A stretch of DNA of 64,000 bases from an uncultured Gemmatimonadales bacterium (GCA_963716255.1 OY970303.1:3168001-3232000); one strand, 5' to 3'. Counted from the first letter of the stretch, positions 9,372 through 20,203 are shown. Numbers and translations are program-made. Notes: generated from the sequence alone by a model not told the origin.

Positions 9372-10655
9372 ATGAGACAGGACTTCGAGATGCAGGTGGG
9401 GGAGCTGGAGAGCCGGTGGGCGGCGGAGCCGCGCTGGCAGGGGATCACCCGCCCCTACTCCGCGGAGGAGGTGGTGCGGCTGCGGGGATCGGTGCGCGTG
9501 GAGCACACGCTGGCCCGCCTGGGCGCGGAGCGCCTGGCGCGGCTGCTGGAGGGCGAGGACTTCGTCCGCACCTTCGGGGCGCTCACCGGCGCCCAGGCGG
9601 TGCAGATGGTCAGGGGCGGGCTGCAGGCCATCTACCTGAGCGGCTGGCAGGTGGCGGGCGACGCCAACCTGGCCGGGCACACCTACCCCGACCAGAGCCT
9701 GTACCCCGCAAACAGCGTCCCCGCGGTGGTGAAGCGGCTCAACAACGCGCTGCTCCGCGCCGACCAGATCGAGTGGAGCGAGGGGAACGGGGGCCGCGAC
9801 TGGCTGGTGCCCATCGTGGCGGACGCGGAGGCGGGCTTCGGCGGGCCGCTGAACGCGTACGAGCTGATGAAGGGGATGATCGAGGCGGGGGCGGCGGGCG
9901 TGCACTTCGAGGACCAGCTCGCCGCCGAAAAGAAGTGCGGCCACCTGGGCGGCAAGGTGCTGGTGCCCACCGGCCAGTTCATCCGCACGCTGGTGGCGGC
10001 GCGCCTGGCCGCGGACGTGCTGGACGTGCCCACCTGGCTGGTGGCGCGCACCGACGCCAACGGGGCCAGCCTGCTCACCAGCGACGTGGACGAGCGCGAC
10101 CGCGGGTTTCTCACCGGGGAGCGCACGCCGGAGGGCTACTACCGGGTGCGGAGCGGGCTGGAGGCGGCCATCGCGCGCGGCATCTCCTACGCGCCGTACG
10201 CGGACCTGGTGTGGTGCGAGACCGCCACCCCGGACCTGGACGAGGCGCGCACCTTCGCCGAGGCGATCCGTGCGGAGCACCCGGGGAAGATGCTGGCGTA
10301 CAACTGCTCGCCCAGCTTCAACTGGAGCCGCAAGCTGGACGCGGCCACCATCGCGAAGTTCCAGCGGGAGTTGGGGGCCATGGGCTACCGGTTCCAGTTC
10401 ATCACCCTGGCCGGGTGGCACCTCATCAACCTGGAAACCTTCAAGCTGGCCCGCGAGTACGCCGGCGAGGGGATGCCGGCGTACGTCCGCCTCCAGGACG
10501 AGGAGTTCGCGCTGGAGGAGGCCGGGTACACCGCCACCAAGCACCAGCGTGAGGTGGGCACCGGGTACTTCGACCGGGTGCTGCAGACGCTCTCCGGCGG
10601 CGAGGCGTCCACGGCGGCGCTCGCCGGATCCACGGAGGCCGAGCAGTTCCACTGA
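9372..10655 (+). CDS. aceA: Isocitrate lyase
   Basis: [11 protein letters not shown] catalytic motif, [19 protein letters not shown]. Confidence 0.98.
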   Translation: MRQDFEMQVGELESRWAAEPRWQGITRPYSAEEVVRLRGSVRVEHTLARLGAERLARLLEGEDFVRTFGALTGAQAVQMVRGGLQAIYLSGWQVAGDANLAGHTYPDQSLYPANSVPAVVKRLNNALLRADQIEWSEGNGGRDWLVPIVADAEAGFGGPLNAYELMKGMIEAGAAGVHFEDQLAAEKKCGHLGGKVLVPTGQFIRTLVAARLAADVLDVPTWLVARTDANGASLLTSDVDERDRGFLTGERTPEGYYRVRSGLEAAIARGISYAPYADLVWCETATPDLDEARTFAEAIRAEHPGKMLAYNCSPSFNWSRKLDAATIAKFQRELGAMGYRFQFITLAGWHLINLETFKLAREYAGEGMPAYVRLQDEEFALEEAGYTATKHQREVGTGYFDRVLQTLSGGEASTAALAGSTEAEQFH

Positions 10656-10693
10656 TCGGCCGCCCTGGACCAGGCCACCCGGGAACCGCGGCC

Positions 10694-11152
10694 GTGCCGT
10701 CCACGCCTTCGGAGTGCTGGTCGTGCCGCTCCAACAGCGGCCGGCAGCGCATCTCGCCCGGCCCTCCGATCCACGTCGGAGAGTTCTGGCTGGTGGAGCA
10801 TGCATACCCGACCCGGCTCCCGGGCTGGCTGGTCATCGTGCTCCGCCGGCACGTGGAGGCGCTGCACGAGCTCCGTCCGGAGGAGTTCGCCGAATTGGCC
10901 TCCGTCCTGGAGCACACCTGCCGTGTGCTGCACCGGGTCGTGGGGTGCGACAAGGAGTACGTGGCATGCTACGCGGAGATCGACCACTTCCGGCACGTGC
11001 ACTTTCACGTGGTGCCGCGGGCCGCGGATCTGCCGGAGGAATTCGCGGGCACGCGCAGCTTTGCATTCCTCAAAGTGAGCGAGGCGGAGGCCGTGCCGCG
11101 GGAGGAAGTCCGTGTGCTCTGCGAGTCCCTCCGCGCCGCCTTTGGAGCCTAA
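10694..11152 (+). CDS. HIT family protein
   Basis: HVHFHVVPR histidine triad, N-terminal CxxC. Confidence 0.85.
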   Translation: MPSTPSECWSCRSNSGRQRISPGPPIHVGEFWLVEHAYPTRLPGWLVIVLRRHVEALHELRPEEFAELASVLEHTCRVLHRVVGCDKEYVACYAEIDHFRHVHFHVVPRAADLPEEFAGTRSFAFLKVSEAEAVPREEVRVLCESLRAAFGA

Positions 11153-11320
11153 GCCCTAATCCTCCGCGCGCCCGCGGTGTCGTTCATCCAGACGGAGCGG
11201 CCCATCCACTCCCGCCAGTACGCGGCGTGCTCCTGCATGAGCTGCGCTTCGGCGGGCGTCATGTCCTGGCCGAAGCTCGCGCGCGGCGGCATCAGCCTGC
11301 AGAAGAAGGTCGTGGTCGAT
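11149..11320 (-). pseudogene. Truncated YCII-related gene remnant
   Basis: TFFCRLMPPRASFGQDMTPAEAQLMQEHAAYWREWM resembles the N-half of YCII proteins; no good start and the C-half is missing. Confidence 0.45.
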
Positions 11321-11453
11321 TCCTGGAACAGGTCGGGTGCAACGGGGCGAACGGGGGCGGTCCGGGGAGGACGGAAACGAGGAGGCCACGCCCGGCGCGC
11401 CACAACGGCGGCCGGGGTGCAACCCGGGCGGCGCACGCGGGTATGCAGCGGTC

Positions 11454-11918
11454 ATGGAACCGTTCGCACGCATCCGGCGCCTCCTCCGGCGGGGCGCGGT
11501 CCCGCTGCTCGCCGCCGCGCTCGCGGCGGGGTGCGGCGACAACGGCTTCGGGGTGGCGGTGGGGGGAGGGAGCACGGCCGGGCTGCGCCCCGGACTGTAC
11601 GACTACGAGGCGTGGACGTACGGCCGGCAGACGGCGTACTGGGGCTTCGTGGAGCTGCGCGTGGGCGGGGACGGGGCGCTCACCGGGAGCTACCGACTCC
11701 CGCGGCAGTGCACCGACGGCTACGGCTACGAGGCGGACTGCGTGGGACTCGTGGGCGGCCGCGCCTACGCGGACGGCACGGTGCGCTTCGGGTTCGACGA
11801 GGGATGGCTCCGCCACGAGGGCGAGACCGACGGCCGCTACTCGGAGGTGGTGGGGAGCTGGGAGACCCGGATCCTGGGCGCCTCGTCCGACGGGAGCTTC
11901 GAGCTGCTGCCGCGCTGA
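11454..11918 (+). CDS. Hypothetical lipoprotein
   Basis: Signal peptide with lipobox LAAGC; beta-rich mature part; followed by a terminator. Confidence 0.7.
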   Translation: MEPFARIRRLLRRGAVPLLAAALAAGCGDNGFGVAVGGGSTAGLRPGLYDYEAWTYGRQTAYWGFVELRVGGDGALTGSYRLPRQCTDGYGYEADCVGLVGGRAYADGTVRFGFDEGWLRHEGETDGRYSEVVGSWETRILGASSDGSFELLPR

Positions 11919-11940
11919 CGGCGGCGGCCGGAAAGGTGGA

Positions 11941-11979
11941 CGGGGCGGGCCGCGCAGCGCGGCCCGCCCCGCCTTTTTT
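11941..11979 (+). terminator. Intrinsic terminator
   Basis: GGGGCGGGCCGCG-CAG-CGCGGCCCGCCCC followed by TTTTTT. Confidence 0.8.
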
Positions 11980-12017
11980 GTCCCGGCCCCCCGGGCTCGT
12001 TCTTGCCGCCGCGAACG

Positions 12018-12497
12018 CTACTCCGTGCCGCCCCGCGGCACCACGCCGACCCAGACCTCGATCATCCCTTCGTCGGAGAGCGGATCGGTGCCGGGCCCGT
12101 ACCGCTCGAAGTCCGGGGTGTGCGCGGACTCGTACGGACCCGCCGCGAGCCATTCGAACACCCGCTGCCAGGTGGACCGCAGCGATGCCCCGTCGCCTCC
12201 GTGTGCGAACACGGCGTAGCGCTGGCCAGGCACGCGCATCCGCCCCGTCCCCGGCGGCAGGCCGGCGAGCGACTCCACCTCCACGCCGCACATGTACTCG
12301 AAGCCCGCGGGGTCGGCGCCGCACATGACGCCGTACAGCTCCGGGCCGACGCGCCCGGGGACCGGGTCCGCCGACAGGAACTCCCGCCACTGCGCGGCGA
12401 TCCCCGCCTCGGCCGCCGCGGACTCGTGGCGCCGCCGCAGGCCGCCCAGGAGCATGGGCCTGCCGGTCTCGAACCGCGCGGGGGTGAATGGATCCAC
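12018..12497 (-). CDS. GyrI-like small-molecule-binding protein
   Basis: FEYMCGVEV, YAVFAH, PDFERY, IEVWV typical of GyrI/AraC_E_bind. Confidence 0.8.
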   Translation of the reverse strand: MDPFTPARFETGRPMLLGGLRRRHESAAAEAGIAAQWREFLSADPVPGRVGPELYGVMCGADPAGFEYMCGVEVESLAGLPPGTGRMRVPGQRYAVFAHGGDGASLRSTWQRVFEWLAAGPYESAHTPDFERYGPGTDPLSDEGMIEVWVGVVPRGGTE

Positions 12498-12577
12498 GGT
12501 CGTGTGACACGTGAGAGTGAAGTTTCCGCCGGGCGGCAGGGCCCTCACCCGGCTCGCTTGAGGCTAGGTAAGCAGTT

Positions 12578-12706
12578 GCGTGAGGGATTACGGCCCGGAG
12601 GGGCGAGACCCGCGGGCAGTTTCGCGGGGCTCGACTCCGTTGGGCTGCGTTGTTTGCAGCCCTACGGAGCCGAAGCCCGACCCCGGCGCCAGCCGGGGGC
12701 ACGCCC
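12578..12706 (-). repeat. Structured dispersed element, copy 3
   Basis: Central stem GGGCTGC/GCAGCCC. Confidence 0.95.
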
Positions 12707-12745
12707 GACCCCCGCCGCTCAGCCTGCTCCGACAATGCAAAGCAA

Positions 12746-13864
12746 TCACACCCCCACCACCTCGCGCGCCTCCGTCCGCCCACGCTCCGTGAGCGCCAGC
12801 CGGTCGCCATCGCTGCGCGCCACCAGCCCCCGCCCCTCCGCCCGCCGCACGACCGCTGCCGCGAAGTCCGGGCTCCAGCGCAGGTGCTCGTGCAGGTGCG
12901 ACTCGCGGTTCTCGGACCCCGCCTCCGGCGAGTCCTCGTGGTTGAGGAGGTGGATGGCGAGCATGGCCTGCGCGAACTCCCACCGCTGCCGGGCGCGGCG
13001 CCGCGCCAGCGCCAGCATCCCCCGCTCCGGCGCCAGCAGGAACACCAGCGCGAAGGCCACCCCGGTCATGGTGGCCATGGAGCCGGCGATGGACACGTCC
13101 AGGAAGTACGACATCCAGTAGCCGGCCAGCGCGCTCGCCACCCCGATGGCCACGCTCAGCAGGATCATGCGCGGGAGCCGGTCGGTGAGCAGGTACGCCG
13201 CGGCCGGCGGGCCGATCATCAGCGCCACCACCAGCACCGACCCCACCGCGTCGAAAGCCCCCACCGCCGTGGCCGACACCAGCGTCATGAAGGCGTAGTG
13301 CACCAGCCCGGGCGCGAACCCCAGCGCGCTGGCCAGCGCCGCGTCGAAGGTGGTGAGCTTGAGCTCCTTGTAGAAGGCGGCCACGAAGCCGGCGTTGAGC
13401 AGCAGGATGACGCCCATCACCCAGAGCGTGCGCGGCCCCAGGTCCGCGCCCCCCACCTCCAGCCGGTTGAACGGGGCGAAGGCCAGCTCCCCCAGCAGCA
13501 CCGCGTCCACGTCCAGGTGCACGTTGCCGGCGTAGCGGGAGATGAGGATCACCCCCGTGGAAAAGAGCGCGGGAAAGACCAGGCCGATGGCGGCGTCCTC
13601 CTTGACCCGCCCGGTGCGGCCCAGCAGCTCCACCAGCGTGACGGTGAGCACCCCCGTGGCCGCGGCCGCCGCGATCAGCAGCGGCGACGCCAGGTTCTCC
13701 GTGACGAAGAAGGCCAGCACGATCCCCAGCAGGATGGAGTGCGAGATGGCGTCGCTCATCAGCGCCATGCGCCGCAGCACCAGGAACACCCCCGGGAGCG
13801 CGCACGCCGCGGCGGTGAGCGCCGCGATCCACTGGATCTCGACTTCCGGCGACACGGCCATCAT
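12746..13864 (-). CDS. Mn/Zn/Fe ABC permease (TroD/MntD-like) with C-terminal winged-helix extension
   Basis: LVLRRMALMSDAISHSILLG, HLDVDAVLLGE; tail ends GLV...LALTERG. Confidence 0.9.
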   Translation of the reverse strand: MMAVSPEVEIQWIAALTAAACALPGVFLVLRRMALMSDAISHSILLGIVLAFFVTENLASPLLIAAAAATGVLTVTLVELLGRTGRVKEDAAIGLVFPALFSTGVILISRYAGNVHLDVDAVLLGELAFAPFNRLEVGGADLGPRTLWVMGVILLLNAGFVAAFYKELKLTTFDAALASALGFAPGLVHYAFMTLVSATAVGAFDAVGSVLVVALMIGPPAAAYLLTDRLPRMILLSVAIGVASALAGYWMSYFLDVSIAGSMATMTGVAFALVFLLAPERGMLALARRRARQRWEFAQAMLAIHLLNHEDSPEAGSENRESHLHEHLRWSPDFAAAVVRRAEGRGLVARSDGDRLALTERGRTEAREVVGV

Positions 13865-14970
13865 CCCTCCGCCTCCCCGCCGCGCCGCTCCTCCTCCGCC
13901 TCGCCCGCCGACGTGATGGCCCAGCCGCCCCGCCCCACGCGCTGCGCCCACCCGCGCGACTCCAGCTCCGCCAGCTCGTGCTGCGCCCCGGGGTGCAGCG
14001 CCTCCAGCGTCGCCACGGTATGCCCGTGCGCCTGCCCGGGGTGCTGGCGCGCCAGCGCGTACAGGTCCGCGAGCACCGCCTGGGTGTGCAGCCGGCGGCG
14101 GTTGCGCTGGTCGCGCGCCCACCCCCACACGATCCCCCGCTCCGGCGCGAACAGGAGCGAGATCGTCACCAGCGCGGTGAGGCACAGGACGATGGTGGGC
14201 CCGGTGGGGAGGTGCTGCGTGGTGCTGGACAGGATCGCCCCCGCCACCCCGGAGAGCGCGCCGAAGAACCCGGCCAGCACCACCATCCGCCCCATGCGGT
14301 CCGTCCACTGCCGTGCCGCGGCGGCGGGGGCCACCACCATGGCGCTCATCAGCACCACGCCCACCGTCTGCAGGCCGATGACGATGGCGAGCACCAGCAC
14401 CGAGGTGAGCAGCACGTCCACCCGGCGCATGCTGAAGCCCAGGCTGGCGCCGAACTCCGGGTCGAAGGCCAGCATCTTGAACTCCTTCCACAGCAGCGCG
14501 GTCGCGCCCAGCGCCAGCGCCCCCAGCGCCGCGATCTGCACCACGTCGCGGTGCAGCAGGGTGGCCGCCTGGCCGAAGAGGTAGCGGTCCAGCCCCGCCT
14601 GGGCGGCGTCGGGCCGCTTCTGGATGTAGGTGAGCAGCACCAGCCCGAAGCCGAAGAACACGGCGAGCACCAGCCCCAGCGCGCTGTCCTCGCGCACGCG
14701 GCTGCTCCCCACGATCCTCATCACCAGCAGCGTGCCCAGCCACCCCGCGGCGGCGGCGCCCAGCACCAGCACCAGCGGCGCCTTGCTCCCGGTGAGCAGA
14801 AAGGCCAGCGCGATCCCCGGGAGCGCGGCGTGCGAGATGGCGTCGCCCAGCAGGCTCTGCTTGCGGAGCACGGCGAAGGAGCCCAGCGCGCCGCTGGTGG
14901 TCCCCAGCGCGGCGGCGCCCAGCGCCACGGTGCGCAGGGTGTAGTCGGAGAACAGGTCGGGAAGGGCCAC
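13861..14970 (-). CDS. Mn/Zn/Fe ABC permease (TroC/MntC-like) with C-terminal extension
   Basis: AVLRKQSLLGDAISHAALPG, YLFGQAA, LPTGPTIVL; GTG start. Confidence 0.9.
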   Translation of the reverse strand: MALPDLFSDYTLRTVALGAAALGTTSGALGSFAVLRKQSLLGDAISHAALPGIALAFLLTGSKAPLVLVLGAAAAGWLGTLLVMRIVGSSRVREDSALGLVLAVFFGFGLVLLTYIQKRPDAAQAGLDRYLFGQAATLLHRDVVQIAALGALALGATALLWKEFKMLAFDPEFGASLGFSMRRVDVLLTSVLVLAIVIGLQTVGVVLMSAMVVAPAAAARQWTDRMGRMVVLAGFFGALSGVAGAILSSTTQHLPTGPTIVLCLTALVTISLLFAPERGIVWGWARDQRNRRRLHTQAVLADLYALARQHPGQAHGHTVATLEALHPGAQHELAELESRGWAQRVGRGGWAITSAGEAEEERRGGEAEG

Positions 14971-14981
14971 CGCGTTCTCCC

Positions 14982-15797
14982 TCAGGCCCGCAGCCGCGGC
15001 GCGGCCAGGGCGCCGGGCGCCTGGAGCGGCGCCTGCGGGTCGGAGCCGCGGCGCTGCAGGAAGGGCACGCGCCCGCCGTAGGTGAGGCGCAGGTTCTCCT
15101 CGGTGAAGATCTCGGCGACGGGGCCTGCGGCCACGCGGCGCACGTTGAGGAGGAGCACCCAGTCGAAGTACTCGGGGACGGTCTCCAGGTCGTGGTGCAC
15201 CACCACCACCGTCTTCCCCGCCTCGCGCAGCCCCTGGAGCACGGTGACGATGGCGCGCTCCGTCTTCGCGTCCACCCCCTGGAAGGGCTCGTCCATCAGG
15301 TACAGCCCGGCGTCCTGCACCAGCGCCCGTGCCAGGAACACGCGCTGCTGCTGCCCGCCGGAGAGCTGCGAGATCTGGCGCGCGGCGAAGTCCTGCATGG
15401 CCACCTGCTCCAGCGCCGCCATGGCCATCTCCCGCTCGCGCCGGCCGGGGCGGCGGAACCACCCCAGCGCCCCGTAGCGCCCCATCATCACCACGTCCAG
15501 CACGCTGGTGGGAAAGTCCCAGTCCACGCTCCCCCGCTGGGGGACGTAGGCCACCAGGCGCCGCTGCTCGGCGTACGGGCGGCCGTGGACGAGCACCTGT
15601 CCCGCCGCCGGGCGCACCAGCCCCAGCACCGACTTGATCAGGGTGCTCTTTCCCGCCCCGTTGGGCCCCACGATGGCCATCAGGGTCCCGGCCGGGACCT
15701 CCAGGTCCACGTCCCAGAGCACCGGCTTGTCCCGGTAGGCCACCGTCAGGTCGTTGACCTCGATGGCCGGCGTCCGCCCGCTCTCCGCTGGCTTCAT
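14982..15797 (-). CDS. Metal ABC transporter ATPase (TroB/MntB-like)
   Basis: [29 protein letters not shown]. Confidence 0.93.
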   Translation of the reverse strand: MKPAESGRTPAIEVNDLTVAYRDKPVLWDVDLEVPAGTLMAIVGPNGAGKSTLIKSVLGLVRPAAGQVLVHGRPYAEQRRLVAYVPQRGSVDWDFPTSVLDVVMMGRYGALGWFRRPGRREREMAMAALEQVAMQDFAARQISQLSGGQQQRVFLARALVQDAGLYLMDEPFQGVDAKTERAIVTVLQGLREAGKTVVVVHHDLETVPEYFDWVLLLNVRRVAAGPVAEIFTEENLRLTYGGRVPFLQRRGSDPQAPLQAPGALAAPRLRA

Positions 15798-15813
15798 CCT
15801 CGTCCCTTTCCTT

Positions 15814-16764
15814 TTATCTCGCGTCCGCCGCCGCGGGCTCCGCGAGGAGCGCCGAGACGATCGTGTCGATGTTGTGCTTCACCATCCCCACGTAGGTGCC
15901 TTCGGGCGTCCCGGCGCTCCCCATGGCGTCCGAAAAGAGCTGCCCGCCGATGCGCACCCGCCACCCGCGCGCCGCCACCGCCTCCTGCACCGCCTCCACG
16001 TTGCGCCGCGGGATGGACGACTCCACGAACACCGCGGGAATGCGCCGGCCGGCGATGAAGGCGGCCAGCTCCTGCACGTCCGCCGTGCCCGCCTCCGACG
16101 CGGTGCTGATCCCCTGGAGGCCGCGCACCTGGAAGCCGTACGCCCGCCCGAAGTAGTTGAAGGCGTCGTGCGCCGTCACCAGCACCCGCTTCTCCCGGGG
16201 GACGCGCGCGGCCTGCGCGCGGACGTAGCGGTCCAGCGCCTCCAGCTCGGCCAGGTAGCGCGCGGCGTTGGCGCGGTACTCGGCGGCGTTCGGCGGGTCG
16301 GCCTGCGACAGCGCCTCGGTGATGCGCGGCACCGTCATCATCCACAGCCGCACGTCGAACCACACGTGCGGGTCGTAGGCGCCCTTGAACTCCGGCGGCG
16401 CCTTGAGCGAGTCCCTGGGGATGCCCTCCGACACGGCCACGCTGCGGGTGCGCTCGCCCATCTCCGCCAGCACCTCGGCCATGCGGGCCTCCAGGTGCAG
16501 CCCGCCGTAGAGGATCACGTCCGCGCGGTACAGGCGGCGCACGTCGCCCTCGCTGGCCTTGTACAGGTGCGGGTCCACGCCGGGGCCCATCAGCCCGGTC
16601 ACGCGCACGTGGTCGCCGCCCACGTTCTCGGCCGCGTCCTTGATCATTCCCACCGTGGTGACCACGTTCAGCCGGTCGGCGGCTTCGGCGGGCTCCGGCG
16701 GAGTGCAGCCGGCCAGCAGGGTGACGCACGAGACGATCAGCAAGGTGCTCTGCAAGATCCGCAT
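15814..16764 (-). CDS. Metal ABC substrate-binding lipoprotein (TroA/MntA-like)
   Basis: Lipobox LAGC; DPHLY, DPHVW, TAHDAF, LFSDA metal ligands. Confidence 0.93.
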   Translation of the reverse strand: MRILQSTLLIVSCVTLLAGCTPPEPAEAADRLNVVTTVGMIKDAAENVGGDHVRVTGLMGPGVDPHLYKASEGDVRRLYRADVILYGGLHLEARMAEVLAEMGERTRSVAVSEGIPRDSLKAPPEFKGAYDPHVWFDVRLWMMTVPRITEALSQADPPNAAEYRANAARYLAELEALDRYVRAQAARVPREKRVLVTAHDAFNYFGRAYGFQVRGLQGISTASEAGTADVQELAAFIAGRRIPAVFVESSIPRRNVEAVQEAVAARGWRVRIGGQLFSDAMGSAGTPEGTYVGMVKHNIDTIVSALLAEPAAADAR

Positions 16765-16780
16765 CAACAATCCGAATTCG

Positions 16781-16839
16781 AATTTTAAGGTACTTTAAAT
16801 TTCTGTTCGCAGCATATCGTGAATTCGCGGACGTGTCAA
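16781..16839 (-). promoter_or_regulatory. sigma70 promoter and DtxR/MntR-type operator of the metal ABC operon
   Basis: Minus strand TTGACA(16839-16834)-N17-TATGCT(16816-16811); AT-rich imperfect palindrome AATTTTAAG-GTAC-TTTAAATTT at 16781-16802 just downstream. Confidence 0.7.
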
Positions 16840-17131
16840 GAAGGGCGGGTTGTGGGCGGGGAGCTTTGCGTGGGGGCTGGGCCGCTCCGGAACCAGGCCA
16901 AACCGCCGGCCTGTTTCCTACGCGGGTCGCGGAGCCAGCGGAAACTGCTCCCGCTGTCTCCGCTCCGGCTGCGGGAGCCCCGCCAAACTGCCGGCGGGTC
17001 TCCCTCCGCGACATCATGCGGGAAAAGCAATGAACGGCGGAACTGCCCTCCCCGGCGGCGGCTTTTCCGTCGCGCTGCTGCGCAAGCCGAAGCGGGCCGC
17101 CTGACGGGCTGCCCGGCCGGCCGGGCGCGGG

Positions 17132-18757
17132 CTATTCCCGCCCCGGCAGCTCCAGGTAGCGCCGGGTGCCGATCGCCTCCAGGAAGGCGCGGTCGTGGGA
17201 GACCGCCAGCAGCGCGCCGCCGTAGCCGCGCAGCACCGATTCCAGCGCGGCCAGGCTGTCCAGGTCCAGGTGGTTGGTGGGCTCGTCCAGCAGGAGGAGG
17301 CGGGGCGGGCGCCAGCCGTTCAGCACGCAGGCCAGGGCGGCGCGGAGCCGCTGGCCCCCGCTCAGCGTCCCCACCACCTGGTGCACCCCGTCCTCCACGA
17401 ACAGGAAGCGGGCGAGCGCGTGGCGGCTCGCCGTCTCGTCCAGCGCCGGGTTCGCCGCGCGGTAGCTTTCCAGCACCGTGCGCTCCGGGTCCAGCCGCCG
17501 CGCCAGCTGGTCGAAGTGCGCCACCTCCTCCGGCGGCACCCCCAGGCGGAGCGTCCCCGCCGTGGGCGCGATCTCCCCCGCGACCACGCGCAGCAGCGTG
17601 GTCTTCCCCGCCCCGTTGGGCCCCGTCACCGCCACGCGCTCCGGGCCCACCACGCGCAGGGAGATGCCGCGCAGCGCGTCCACGTCCGCGCCGGGGTGCC
17701 GCACCGCCACCCCGTCCAGCTCCAGCACCGTCTTCCCCGCCGGCAGCTCCACGGGCGGCAGCTCCACCGCCAGCACGGCGCGCTCCTCCACCCGCTCCCG
17801 CGCCGCCCGCACCCGCTCGCGCCCCTCCTCCACCCCCCGCGCGCCCACGTTGCGCAGCCGGCTGGTGGTGTGGTCGCTGCGCTCCTTCATCATCCCCAGC
17901 ATGATCGCCGGCATGTTGGCCGTGGCGCGGCGCTCCCGCCCCTGGCGGTTGCGGCGGTCCTGGCGCTCGCGGACCTCCTGGGCCCGGCGCTTCGCCGCCC
18001 GCAGCGAGTGCCCGGCGCTCGCCAGCTCGCGGGCGGCGGCCTCGTCCTCCGCGGCCCGCTGCGCGGCGTACGCGTCGTAGCCGCCGCCGTACAGGCGGGC
18101 GCCGCGCTCGGTCAGCTCCAGGACGCGGTCCATGCGCCGCAGCAGGGCGCGGTCGTGGCTGATGGCCAGCAGCCCGCCGCCCCACCCGGCCACGAAGTCG
18201 TAGAGCGCCTGCCTGCCCCGCGCGTCCAGGTTGTTGGTGGGCTCGTCCAGCACCAGGAAGTCCGGCCCGGCCAGCGACAGGCCGGCCAGCGCCACGCGCG
18301 TGGCCTCGCCGCCGCTCACGCGCAGCACGGGGCGGTCCAGCGGCAGGTGTGCCAGGCCCAGGCGGCCCAGCGCCGCCTCCGCCCGCTCGCGCAGGTCCCA
18401 GTCGCCGCCCACGCGGTCGAGCTCGGCGGGGTCGGCGGCGCCGGCGTACACGCGCTCCACCGCGGCCAGGCGCTCCGCGATCCCCAGCACGGCGGCCAGC
18501 GGCACGTCGCCCCGAACCTGGAAGTCCTGCGGCAGCCAGCCCACGGCGCAGCGGCGCAGCACGATTCCCGCCGACGGCTCCAGCTCGCCGGCGAGGATGC
18601 GCGCCAGCGTGCTCTTGCCGACGCCGTTGGGTCCCACCAGCCCGGTGCGCTCGCGCCCGAAGCCGAGGGTGATGTCGTGGAAGAGGGTCCGCCCGTCAGC
18701 CAGCGAGAAGGCGATGCGGTCGGCGGTGATGCGAGGGTCGAACGAGGGCGATGACAT
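17132..18757 (-). CDS. ABC-F family ATPase
   Basis: Two ABC domains (GPNGVGKST/LDEPTNNLD and GPNGAGKTT/LDEPTNHLD), charged interdomain linker, no TM segments. Confidence 0.9.
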   Translation of the reverse strand: MSSPSFDPRITADRIAFSLADGRTLFHDITLGFGRERTGLVGPNGVGKSTLARILAGELEPSAGIVLRRCAVGWLPQDFQVRGDVPLAAVLGIAERLAAVERVYAGAADPAELDRVGGDWDLRERAEAALGRLGLAHLPLDRPVLRVSGGEATRVALAGLSLAGPDFLVLDEPTNNLDARGRQALYDFVAGWGGGLLAISHDRALLRRMDRVLELTERGARLYGGGYDAYAAQRAAEDEAAARELASAGHSLRAAKRRAQEVRERQDRRNRQGRERRATANMPAIMLGMMKERSDHTTSRLRNVGARGVEEGRERVRAARERVEERAVLAVELPPVELPAGKTVLELDGVAVRHPGADVDALRGISLRVVGPERVAVTGPNGAGKTTLLRVVAGEIAPTAGTLRLGVPPEEVAHFDQLARRLDPERTVLESYRAANPALDETASRHALARFLFVEDGVHQVVGTLSGGQRLRAALACVLNGWRPPRLLLLDEPTNHLDLDSLAALESVLRGYGGALLAVSHDRAFLEAIGTRRYLELPGRE

Positions 18758-19051
18758 GGAAGCGTGCTCCGGTCCTGGGGATGGATTCGGTGTGAACTCC
18801 AGCCAGGTGTCCGATCATGCGCGCGACCTCCGTCGGGGGGCGGTCGGGCCGGACGGGCCCGATCCGTGGGGAGTGAATGTAACCCGCGGCGGGCCCGCGC
18901 TCAACGCTCCCGCGCAGGTGCGGCCCGGTCCGCTCCGGCCCCGGGCCGGTCGTTCTCTTGTCGTCCCCGCGCCCCGGCCGTACCCTTGGGGCAGTCCTCG
19001 AAAGCGCGGCCGGCGGGCCGCGCCGAGGCCCAAGGGAAAAGGAGCCGCGCC

Positions 19052-20182
19052 GTGTCCGAACCCACCCCCGGGTCCGCTCCGCCGTCGCCGCCGGACGCCC
19101 CCGACGTTCTCGACGGCCGGCTCTCCGCCGCGGCGCGCGAGGGCGACGTGGACACCCTGGCCGCGCTGCTCGACGCGCACCCGGACCGGCTGCACGCCCG
19201 CTCCGGGCCGTACGCGTGGACGCTGCTTCACCTGGCGGCCCACGCCGGGCGGCTGGCGGCGGTGGAGCTGCTTCTGGCGCGCGGGGCGGACGTGAACGCC
19301 CGCGAGGAGGGCGACGACACCTACGCCATGCACTGGGCCGCGGCGGCCGGGCACCTGGACGTGGTGCGGCGGCTGGCCGACGCGGGCGGCGACGTGGTGG
19401 GGCGCGGCGACGACCACGGGCTGGAGGTGATCGGTTGGGCGACGTGCTGGGAGGGGTGCGGCGACGACGCGCACCGCGCGGTCGCGGACTTCCTGGTGTC
19501 GCGGGGCGCACGGCACCACGTCTTTTCCGCCGTGGCGATGGGCCTGGAGGACGAGGTCCGCCGCATCGTGGCGGAGGACCCGGGGGCGCTGGGCAGGCCC
19601 ATGAGCCGCAACGAAAGCTTCCAGCTCCCGCTGCACTTCGCCGTGCGCATGAGCCGCCCGGAGATGGTGGCGCTGCTGCTGGAGCTGGGCGTCGACCCGG
19701 CGGCGGCGGACGGCTCCGGGGCCCCGGCGGCCGTGTACGCCGCGGCGCCCGGCGTGGACGGGCGGGTGATCGAGATCCTCGCCCGCCGCGGCGGGCTGGG
19801 CCTGTTCGGCGCCCTCGCGCTGGGCGACCGGGCGGCGGCGGCCCGGATGCTGGCCGCGGACCCGGGCCTCCTCGGGCCCGGCGGCGCGGGCGAGGGCGCG
19901 CTGCACCTGCTGGCGAAGCGCGGCGACGCGCCGGCCGTGGAGTGGCTGCTCGGCCGCGGCGCCGACCCCGACGCCCGCTGGGACCACGGCGATGCCCGGG
20001 TGACGCCGCTGCACCTGGCCGCCGCGCACGGCCACGCGCGGGTCGTGCGCCTGCTCCTCGCGGCCGGCGCCGACCCGCGCGTCCGCGACGGCAGGCACGA
20101 CGGCGACGCGATCGGCTGGGCCGAGCACTCCGGGCAGGGTGAAGTGGTGGATATCCTCCGGGCGCACGCCGCGCGGCCGTGA
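19052..20182 (+). CDS. Ankyrin repeat protein
   Basis: Repeated TLLHLAAH..., LLLARGADVNA, TPLHLAAAHGH; AAGGAG RBS before GTG. Confidence 0.9.
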   Translation: MSEPTPGSAPPSPPDAPDVLDGRLSAAAREGDVDTLAALLDAHPDRLHARSGPYAWTLLHLAAHAGRLAAVELLLARGADVNAREEGDDTYAMHWAAAAGHLDVVRRLADAGGDVVGRGDDHGLEVIGWATCWEGCGDDAHRAVADFLVSRGARHHVFSAVAMGLEDEVRRIVAEDPGALGRPMSRNESFQLPLHFAVRMSRPEMVALLLELGVDPAAADGSGAPAAVYAAAPGVDGRVIEILARRGGLGLFGALALGDRAAAARMLAADPGLLGPGGAGEGALHLLAKRGDAPAVEWLLGRGADPDARWDHGDARVTPLHLAAAHGHARVVRLLLAAGADPRVRDGRHDGDAIGWAEHSGQGEVVDILRAHAARP

Positions 20183-20203
20183 CGGCGCGCCGGGAGCGCG
20201 CCG

